Of a stretch of DNA of 20,000 nucleotides, positions 10,178 through 19,983 are shown piece by piece (position 1 is the stretch's first letter; each line of letters opens with the position of its first letter). The stretch is from assembly GCA_046563655.1 (NCBI GenBank), contig CM102286.1, forward strand, positions 15,494,766 to 15,514,765, read 5' to 3'. Below the pieces are notes generated by a model, which saw only the letters and a program-made list of their open reading frames with translations, searched no databases and had not been told where the DNA came from. The stretch comes from Yuukianura sp. NJ FZ-2021. Lineage: Eukaryota. The position numbers and the translations under genes were made by a program.

Positions 10178-10429
10178 TGTGCTGAATGCTGATGGAAGCT
10201 CTACGAAGTCGGTGTTCAAACAAAAACAGCGGCATAGTAAAAGTACAACATACAAAACAATGGCAATTGTAATAAACCGAGATTACAAAATTACATGAAT
10301 TGGAGGTCCAATTAACATGTCATGTTTCATTCTCCAAATTTTCGTCGCCAGGCCTAACCCCTAACCTAACCTATTTTGTTCAAGGAAACCATCATCTTGA
10401 ACGTTTTCGTCACCATTAATACGGTTACT

Positions 10430-10908
10430 CTCTTTTTGGGTTGAGTTGTCGCTGTCACTATTGCTGTCGTTTTCATAGTCGTTTTCATAGTCGTCTGACT
10501 CGATGAATGTTTTAGTTTAGTGGACTTCATCCACACCTCCATTTCCCATGGTAAAAGTCTTCAATTGAGCAGTCTTCGCTTCGTGTAACTAGAGCGGGTT
10601 GTCGGTCTTGTCCACTCCTTGCAAGTTTCCGGCAATCGTTAAGTGTCGCTGAGTTGGTGCGAATTTTGACAACAGTAGCGTTAGATCCAAAGCCTTTCAC
10701 ATCATCCCATATCCTGCAAAGTAATTCTAAACTTGCTAATGCTGAAAGATTCAAATGGGCAATCGATAGAATTTTTTTTGCGATGCAGAGCAAGTTCTTC
10801 TTCATCATCTCATCATCCTCGTTCGACTCGATTTTCTGAATAGTCAAGAGTTTCAGATTTTTCAAATTCGGAGAAGAATTGATTCCATTGAGGAGCTGAT
10901 CGACTTCT
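10430..10908 (-). pseudogene. Segment E: extra copy of the central exon-2 region fused to the 3' end of copy F
   Basis: ORF 10527..11045 reads ...HCRIGFWRYP (near the C-terminus) directly into EVDQLLNGINSSPNLKNL (central region). Confidence 0.8.
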
Positions 10909-13061
10909 GGGTACCGCCAAAATCCGATTCTGCAATGTGGATGAAATGTTTGCAGTGGATGTTTATGTAAAATTTTGTTATTCGACGGAATTTTGGCCGG
11001 TTTCTCGCGGAGATATTCCAGACTCACATTCTTGAGCATTCTCACGTGCTCAATGCCATACTCCCGTCTGTGCAGAATGTCATCATATCATATCATCGAT
11101 GGTCGGCTCTGCCCAAATGGCAAGTTCAATTAATTTGTCACGAATGAATTCCTCAAAAACGTATTGGTTTTCAGCGTTTTTTAGCTCCAGGAGTTTAGTA
11201 AGACTGTAGTCGTCTCCGATTGGTCGAAGGTATCGTTCAGGAAACAGAGCATCTTCCTGCATCCCTCTGAAGTCAAATGCAGTTTTCAAGTGTAGTGTTT
11301 CCAGGGAAGAATTGGCCATGCCATGGAAAAAATATCGAAGACATTTTGCAGTTGGGTACTTCATGATGAGTCGTTTCAAGGCCTGAAACATTTACGAATG
11401 TTAAGCATAAAGAATTGCTCTTGAATGAAATCAGGAAGCCGGAGGTCACGAACAAACTTGAATTCGTGCAGGTTGGAGTTAAATGTTTCTGGAGAAATTA
11501 AAAATTGCATTGTAACTGTCCAGTTGCTGCGAAAATGAAGTGTCTTTAACTTCGGCAACATCGATGGCTGGATTCTGTCGATATGAATCGAGGTTCCGAG
11601 AGAAACTTTTCAGAGTTGGAATTGCAGAAAATGAAATTTCTATTTGAGTCGTTACTATTTTGTCCAAGGAAATGACCTGGTCATCTTGTCCATTTTGTTC
11701 ACCATATTCCAAACCTCTCCCGGTTGAGTCGTCGCTGTCACTACCACTGTCCTCTTCATAGTCGTCTGATCTTTCAGTTTCAGTTTCTTGAACTTAATAC
11801 TCATACACCCATCCCATTTCCCATGTTAAAAGTCCTCAACTGAGCCATTTTCGGAACATGAAATTTGACTTGGTTGTCGGCCATATCCACTCCTTGCCAG
11901 TTTCCGGCAATCGTGAAGTGTCGAAGAGTTGGAGCGAATTTTGACAACAGCAATGTCAGACACATTGCCTTCACATCCTCCCACATGCCGCACTTTAATT
12001 CTAAACTTTCTAATCCTGAAACATTAAAATTGGCAATCAACAGAATTTGTTTTCGATGCAGTGCAAGTTCTGCGTCGTCTTCATCATCATCCTCGTCCAA
12101 CTCGATTTTCTGAATAGTCAAGATTTTCAGATTTTTCAAATTAGAAGAAAAATTGATTCCATTGAGGAGCTGACCTACTTCTTGGAGAGTTGAATAAATG
12201 TAAACCAAATGGTCAGCGTTTTCGGCAGGTTAGCCAGCAAACAACTGAGGTTTGTTGCGTTCTTTAGAAAATTATTGGTTCCCTTAAGCACAACTTTCAC
12301 AAGCTTCGTACGTGCAGGGAAAGTGAATTTTGAGCTAGCGTTCTCCTCCGCTTCATCGTTTTGGTCGCGTGACTCTGGAATCACCAACATTTCCAATTCC
12401 TTCAACCTGGTGGCTATCTCCTTCAAGATTTCGAAGTTGATTGCTTCTACGTTGAATGTTTTGATTTTTTTTCGATTAGCATCGCAGAAGCTAATAAATC
12501 GCGGCGGGTGAATCGGTCTAGATCCAGGAAAATGAACTCAGGAAAATGAACTTCACTGACCTTAGAGCCAAGTTTTCGGTTACGATTTCCGTTGAAAAAA
12601 AAAGTACGGCCGTAAATGACTTTGATTGAGCCCTTCTTCTCCGCTTTCGCTTTTGCTTTGCCTGCACCGTCTTCGTCATCAATATCCTGTAAATAATAGA
12701 ACATTTCTTTTTTCACAATCAGCTGGGTCACATACAAGCGTTATATTGCATTAGTTTTTCCCACTTTACGCATACGTTTTACCCATTGACATTACCTCAA
12801 CCGAGATCTTTTTCGGTATAGAACTTCGGGTGAAACCCGAATTCGGGCGGTCCATTCTCTACTGCGGTTCGCGAATCCATCCTGCTGTGATGGACTCTGC
12901 TCACGACCGGCTTCATCTCCATCGTCGGACAAGTCTACACCTTCTACAGCAGTTTCCGGTTGATGTTCTTGCTTCAATATTACGACGTCGTCCTCATCGC
13001 TGGTATCTGCTTCGCGATCGTTGTCAGTATTCGAAGACGTTCCTGCTGTCGGTCTTGACAT
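10909..13061 (-). pseudogene. LRR-like family copy F (nearly full length, multiple frameshifts, C-tail missing)
   Basis: ATG at 13061 (MSRPTAGTSS), intron 12723-12795, chain of ORF fragments 12447..12737, 12175..12426, 11801..12208, 11376..11561, 11083..11391. Confidence 0.85.
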
Positions 13062-13539
13062 TTGTGTTGAATGCTGATGGCAGCACTAAGAACAGGATGT
13101 CGGTGTTCAAACAAAAAAAAACAAAAGCGACATCGTAGATAATACAAAGCAGAAAATACAATTGTATTGCAATAATCTGGGGTTACAAAATTGCATGAGC
13201 CGGAGGGCCAATTGCCATTTCATGTTTCATTTTTCTCAATTTTTATCGCCATTCTAACTTAGGGCTAACCTAACCCAACGATTCCTTGTCACAACACGGT
13301 ATTTTTTTTAAATGTAAAATTTTTTCACATTTTTTGCCATTTCCAATGCAACTTTCGAAATTTTTTTCCCAAGAGCTTCTGCCGCCTCTGACTTACATCA
13401 AAATGTTGCCATGTACGGTGAGATTACGTTTTGCTGAATTTTCTTGGGGCGTTCATGTGAAATTTAAAATCCTGCTGAGGAGTTGAAGTTGGACTGCATG
13501 AATTTTTTGAATTTGACATTGTGAAATGCACGGACAGGT

Positions 13540-13633
13540 CCCGACGCTGAAGCCGACAAGGAACGTGCTGAATGAAACAACATTCGAAGTTCCGCCAGCA
13601 CATGCTGCGCCAGTAGCCAAGGAAGTTGTCACC
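13540..13633 (+). pseudogene. Relic of the 3' end of the His-rich secreted protein gene
   Basis: gacgctgaagccgacaaggaacgtgctgaa...ccgccagcacatgc...ccagtagccaaggaagttgtcac matches 3172-3306. The downstream 13700-13940 matches 3355-3620. Confidence 0.8.
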
Positions 13634-13939
13634 TGCAAATGTCAAAAGCTTAAACTTAAAACAAATTCCCTGAAATCAAAACTAAAATTTTGCGCTTACC
13701 ATCACACTAATTGATTGAATTTAATTGAAAATACTGAACATGTCCAAGGTCAACATTGCCAATTTCCTATTCAAAACTCCAAATTCTATTGAGCAATTAA
13801 TCTTCTTCGAAAAATTACACTGGAAAAGGGAAAACTACGTTTAAATTCCCCAAAATTAAATCTCCATACGTTACTTTGTCACACCCAGCATTTGTTTTGA
13901 ATAATCACGTTAGGTTTGACCAAGGCTCCTTTTTTACCC

Positions 13940-16735
13940 TTATGGCTCCTGTTTGACATCCCTCTTCACCTCATGTCTAACTTTGCCCTCGATTCTTCGC
14001 TTGACGTGGAACTCAAGCGGGCTCCTCCGTCTTGACTTTCTTGATTTATCTGTCCCTGGCAAAGTTGCGTTTTACCCTCTTCTTACTGTTGGATTCAGCC
14101 ACAGTACTGCCAGCATCTTCAAAGGCATCTCCGGCCTTGCGCTTCCCCTCCTTACTCCTGGATCCTATTGTTTCCAATTTAAAATACCGATCCAACAACT
14201 TGTCGTCAAACTTGTACTTCCAGAATCCGATTCTGCAATGTTGATCAAATGTTTGCTATGGATGTTTATGTGAAACTTTATTTAACGGAATTTTGGCCGG
14301 TTTCTTGTTTAGATTTTCCAGACTCATCATCTTGAGCCCTCTCAAGTGCACAATGCCATACTCCCGTCCGTGCAGAATGTCATGATCGATGATCAACTCT
14401 GCCGTCTGCCCAAATGGCAACTTCAATTACTTTGTCACGAATGAATTCCTCTAAAACGTCTTGGTTTTGAGCGTTTTTTAGTTCCAGGAGTTTAATGAGA
14501 CTGTACTCGTCTCCGATAAGTGGAAGGTAACGTTGAGGAAACAGATCATCTTCGAGCATCCCTCCGAAGTCAAATGCTGTTTTCAAGTGTAGTGTTTCCA
14601 GGAAAGAATTGGCCATGCCATGAAAAAAGTATCGGACAATTTTTCAGTTGGGTACTTCATGGTGATTCGTATCAAGGCGGGAAACATTTTACGAATGTTA
14701 AGCATAAAGAATTGGTCTTGAACACTGGTGCTAATAGAGTGAGCGCCGCTCGAGCGGCGCTCATCATCTGCTGCAAAAAATATTACCGCTCCGCTCCCGC
14801 CCGCTCCCTCGTCCGCATCGCTCCCGCTCCGCTCAGAGCGGTCATAAAACTTTAACGACCGACTGCTCCCGCTCTCTCATGTGTTAACATAGGAGCGGGC
14901 GGAGCGAAGAGCGCCGCTCTTCACCAATTTTTGGCTTCGCTGCGCTCCCGCCCGCTCTTTCGGAAAATTTTTGTGGACCGCTCCGCTCCGCTCTCCGAGC
15001 GAAGAGCGGAGCGGTCACCGCTCTTCTAAAGAGCGATCGCTCTCAAAAGAGCGGCGCTCTCTCAATTAGCACCAGTGGTCTTGAATGAAATCAGGAAGCC
15101 GGAGGTCACGAACGAACTTGAATTCGTGTAATTCGGAGTTATATGCTTCCGGAAAAGTTGGGATTTGAATTGTCACGGTCCAGTTACTGCGAATATGAAG
15201 CGTCTTCAACTTTGGAAACATGGATGGTTGGATTCTGTCGATACGAATTGAGTTTCCGAGAGACAAACGTTTCAGAGTTGGAATTGTAGCGAATGAAATT
15301 TCTATGTCAGTCGTTCCTGCTTTATGCAGAGAAATGACCTGGTAATCTTGTCCATTTTGTGCACCGTCGTCGTCGTCGCTGTCACTACCGCTGTCGTTTT
15401 CATAGTCGATGTATGTTTCAGTTTCAGTTTCTTGGACTTCATTCACACTTCCATTTCCCATGTTAAAAGTCCTCAATTGGGCCATCTTAGGGACATGAAA
15501 TTTGACTTTGTTGTCGGCCAAGTCCTCTCCTTGCCCGTTTCCGGCAATCGTGAAGTGTCGCAGAGTTGGAGCAAATTTTGACAACAGGAATGTCAGATCC
15601 ATGGCCTTCACATCCTCCCAAATCCCGCAGTTTAATTCTAAACTTGCTAATGCTGAAAGACTCAAATCCACAATCGACAGAACTTGTTTACGATGCAGTG
15701 CAAGTTCTTCTTTGTCGTCTTCATCCTTCGACTCGATCTTAGGATTAGGTTAGGTATCCTGAATAGTCAAGAGTTTTAGATTTTTCAAATTCGGAAAAGA
15801 ATTGATTCCATTGAGCAGCTGATCGACTTCTTGAAGGCTTGAGTAAGTGTACACCAAATGGTTGAGCGTTTTCGGCAGGTTGGCCAGCAAGCAACTGAGG
15901 TTTGTGGTGTTCTTCAGAAAATTATTGTTTCCATTAAGCACAACTTTCACAAGCTTCATACCTTCAGCGAAAGTCAATTTTGAGCAAGAGTTCTCCTCCG
16001 TTTCATCGTTTTGGTCACGTGACTCTGGAATCACCAACACTTTTAACTCCTTCAGCCGGGTCGCAATCTCCTTCAAGATTTGGAATTTGATTGCTTCTAC
16101 GCTGATTGTCTTGATTTTTTGTCGATTATTATCGCAGAAGCGAATAAATCGGGACAAGTTAATCGGTCTCGATCCAGGAAAATGAACTGCAGTAGTAACC
16201 TTGGAGCCAAGTTTTCGGTTACGATTCCCGTTGAAAAACGAACTAAGGCTGTAACTGACTTTGACTGAGCCCTTCTGTTCCGCTTTTTCTTTACTTGCAC
16301 CGTCTTCGTCATCACCATCCTGTAAATAATAGAACATTTAATTTTCCACAATCAGCTGGGTCACATACAAGCGTTGTTATTGCATTAGTTTCTCCTTCCT
16401 TAGTAATATGTACTAGGTACAATGTATGCGTAACGGATCCTTACGCATACACCGTACCTACATATTGCCATTACCTCAGGCGAAATTGTTTTCGGTATAG
16501 AGCTTCGGGTGAAACGTCGCGGTACAATTTGTATCGGGGTGGGCGAATCCCGCAGCGGTGGACCCTGGTCACGGCCGGGTTCATCACCATCAGTATCGTC
16601 GGACAAGTCTACAGCTTCTACAGCAGTTTCCGGTATTTGTTGCTGCTTCAGTATTACAACGTCGCCGTTATCGCTGTTATCTGCTTGGCGAACGTTGTGA
16701 GTATTCCAAGACGTTCCTGCTGCCGGTCGTGACAT
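13940..16735 (-). pseudogene. LRR-like family copy G, full length (exon 1 16735-16475, intron 16474-16356)
   Basis: ATG at 16735; nonsense GAA>TAA just after the acceptor; 18-nt TTAGG-containing insertion at 15741-15758 carrying a stop; MITE at 14723-15077; ends DVKQEP* at 13940. Confidence 0.85.
14723..15077. mobile_element. 355-bp hAT-type MITE, complete
   Basis: 8-bp TSD GTCTTGAA (14715-14722, 15078-15085). 29-bp TIRs CACTGGTGCTAATAGAGTGAGCGCCGCTC (27/29), CA...TG termini. Empty sites in copies A, B and F. Confidence 0.95.
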
Positions 16736-18019
16736 TGGGCTGAATGCTGGCTGATGGAAGTTCTAAGGAGTCGGTGTTCAAACAAAAACAAACAAAACCG
16801 GCATGGTACACGTACAAACTACAATGGCAATTGCAACAAACCAACCGGGATACATGAGTCGGAGGGCCAATTGCCATTTCATGTTACATTTTGTCAATTT
16901 TTATCCCCATTGTAACTGTTCAAGTTTTGCATTTCTCAATTGCATGGTTTTGTGTTTTGTACACGCCGTAAGTTGCAGGGTCGGCAAAATGATTGTGACT
17001 GACGTTTCATGTTTATGACTGGCGTTTTATTAACGTTTTTTTATAAAGCGACCCTTTGTCACAACACGGCATTTTCTTGAAATGCAAGAATTTTTGGTTA
17101 GATTATCGTTTCAGGGGCAGTGAAAAATTTTTTTTGTCAAAATTTTCGAAATTTTTTTTCCTAGATTTTTTCACTTCTTATCATGTTTTACACGTTTTTC
17201 GAACGTTTAGAGCAAAAAATTTTTTTTAAACCAAGGGTCCCCCCTTCCCATTTTTGTGAGAATCGGGACTCGAAGATTTCCAAAGTACAAAAACTGAAGT
17301 GGTCACCCCTGACAACCTCAAAAATGACCCTTACAAAAGTTGTTCGGAATCTTAAAAAGGAATAAGACATGGCAACGGTGGGTCTCGTTTTGCCTCAAGT
17401 TAATTAATTTTCAGGCTTAATAAGTCGTCACAATAATGACCTAGAAATTTGTACAATACCTCTAGAAATTCCTTGATATTCGCAGAATAACTATTAGGGC
17501 TCAGAATTTGACTGTTAGCAGCTAAATGATACTAAAAATCCGATACAAAGGTTCAATTTTGTATAAGTATTGTATGACACAATAAATTTGGAAATTGGCC
17601 CCTAACTATTATGCGCCATGGTCTTCCGGATTTTTAGACACCTTAAACGCAATTTTTAGGTCTTATAGCAAAAAAAATTTTCAGACAAAACAGATGTAAT
17701 TCTGACATTATTCAATAATTTGCAAATATCGGCACCAAAATCAACCGTCTGCATCGGCACAAGGTTGTTGTTGAGTCCCAGGTTGTTTCAATTCATGTCC
17801 TGCGAAAAACTTTGGTTTGTCAATCATTGGAAACAGTGCCGACTTCTGCAAGTTTAAGCCGTGATTTTGCTTTGTTGCTAATGACAATGGCTGACACCAA
17901 ATCGTAAACAAACGCTGCCTCTTACCCGTCCTTACGTGGAGTATTTTTTGTCCTATGGACTATGACCCTACGATCACTCGTTGAGGTCAGAGGTCAAGTC
18001 AAACATTTCCCCTAACCTA

Positions 18020-19372
18020 AGCGAATGAAATTTCTATGTCAGTCGTTCCTATTTTGTCCAAGGGAATGACATGGTTATATTGTCCATTTTGTTCAACATG
18101 TCCCAAACGTCCTCCGGTTGAGTCGTCGTCGCTGTCACTACCGCTGTCATCTTCATAGTCGTCTGATTCGACGAATCCTTCAGTTTCTTGGACTTCATTC
18201 ACGCTTCCAATTCTCATGTTAAAAGTCCTCAATTGAGCCATCTTCGGGACATGAAATTTGACTTGGTTGTCGGCCATGTCCACTCCTTGCCAGTTTCCGG
18301 CAATCGTGAAGTGTCGGAGAGTTGGGGCGAATTTTGGCAAGAGAGTATTCAGCTCCATAGCCTTCACGTCGTCCCATATCCCGCAGTTTAATTTTAAACT
18401 TGCTAATGCTGAAAGATTCAAATGGGCAATCGACAGAACTTGTTTACGATGCAGTTCAAGTTCTTCTTTGTCGTCCTCGTCGTTCGACTCGATCTTCTGA
18501 ATACTCAAGACTTTTAGATTTTTTCAAATTCGGAAAAGAATTGATTCCATTGAGGAGTTGACCTACTTCTTGGAGAGTTGAATAGGTGTAAACCAAATGG
18601 TCAGCGTTTTCGGCAGGTTAGCCAGCAAGCAACTGAGGTTTGTTGAGTTCTTTAGAAAATTATTGGTTCCGTTAAGCACAACTTTCACAAGCTTCGTACG
18701 TGCAGGGAAAGTGAATTTTAAGCTAGCGTTCTTCTCCGCTTCATCGTTTTTGCCACGTTAGTCTGCAATCAAAAACACTTCCAATTTCTTCAGCCGGGTC
18801 GCAATCTCCTTAAGATTTGCCAGTTGATTGCTTCTACGTTGATTGTCTTGATTTTTTGTCATTCAGCATCGCAGAAGCTAATAAATCGGGGCAGGTTGAT
18901 CGGTCTCCATCCAGGAAAATGAACAGTAGTAACGTTGGAGCCAAGTTTTGGCTTACGATTCCCTTTAAACAACGAACGTAAGCTGGAAATGACTTTGACG
19001 GAGTGCTTCTGTTCCGCTTTCGCTTTTTCTTTGCTTGCACCGTCTTGCACTTCGTAATCTATCACTATCCTGTAAATAATAGAACATTTCATTTCCCAGA
19101 ATCAGCTGGGTCACATACAAGCGTTATATTGCATTAGTTTTTCCTACTTTATGCATACATTGCGGTCCAGTTTGTACCGATGTCCGCGAATCCTGCTGTG
19201 ATGGACCCTGCTCACGGTCGGGTTCATCAGCATCGTCGGACAAGTCTACGTCTTCCATAACAGTTTCCGGTTTTCGTTCCTGCTTCACTATTAGAAAGTC
19301 GTCGTCATCGCTGGTATCTCCTTGGTGGACGTTGTCAGCACTCCAAGACGTTCCTGCTGCCGGTCGTGACAT
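18020..19372 (-). pseudogene. LRR-like family copy H (splice donor deleted near 19161; frameshifts; 3' truncated at a CCTAA tract)
   Basis: ATG at 19372 (MSRPAAGTSW); ORFs 18859..19092 and 18017..18508. Homology ends at EISFA, abutting (CCTAA)2 at 18011-18020. Confidence 0.85.
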
Positions 19373-19526
19373 TGTGCTGAGCTGATGAAAGCTCCACTGG
19401 GAAGTCGGTGTTCAAACAAAAACAGACAACGTCAGCATGGTACAAAAGATAAAGCAATGGCAATTGCAATAAACCGTGGTTACAAAATTACACGAGTCGG
19501 AGGCGCAGTTGTCATTTCATGTTTCA

Positions 19527-19983
19527 TCATACTCTAATTGACGATGCGACCGACCGACCGGCCAATGCTAATAGCATGGCCATGCAAACTATATGTGCAA
19601 AAAACTCTCTGTGTGGAAGAGTGGAACGATCCTGGGGTGTCCCTTTTACATTACTTCTCCAAGCACAGACTTTCAAAAATTCCATCTCAACTCAATCAAA
19701 AAACAAAAGAAAGGGGGGGGGGGTCTGGGGGGGATTACCCCCCCAGCCTCGACAATACATTTTCGATTCAACTAGACGGAACCCGTGATGCTTACGCATC
19801 ACCAAATAACTTGAAGCACTAGGTCATACTCGGGTCAAACGAAAAAGCTAGTGGATTTTTGACATGAAGGAAGGATGATTTGGAACATTTTGTCAAAAAT
19901 CCGCTAGCTTTTTCGTTTGACCCGAGTATGACCTAGTGCTTCAAGTTATTTGGTGATGCGTAAGCATCACGGGTTCCGTCTAG
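19527..19983 (+). mobile_element. Non-autonomous Helitron, 457 bp including a nested element
   Basis: A|TC start and CTAG|T end with no TSD. Hairpin GTGATGC-GTAA-GCATCAC (19953-19970) lies 9 nt before CTAG. Removing it restores catgtttcA|TTTTgtcaatttttatc, the empty site seen in copy G (16888/16889). Confidence 0.9.
19772..19878 (-). mobile_element. Nested 107-bp mini-Helitron in opposite orientation
   Basis: The minus strand reads A|TCATCC...same hairpin...CTAG|T. Its last 93 bp match the host 3' end with 1 mismatch. Confidence 0.7.

Noticed and set aside
14723..15077. GAGCG-rich repeats as a CRISPR array or structured ncRNA
   Set aside because: No regular repeat-spacer period. TIRs, an 8-bp TSD and empty sites show it is a MITE.
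17100..18010. Possible transposon remnants (TCAGGGG/CCCCTGA, GGCAACGGTG, AGGTCA motifs)
   Set aside because: Matches are too short. No paired termini, TSD or recognisable transposase sequence.
828..18500. Recurrent plus-strand ORFs (MSTPCQFPAIVKCRRVGANF..., MVFFRKLLFPLSTT...)
   Set aside because: Antisense shadows of the minus-strand family. They recur only because the DNA is duplicated.
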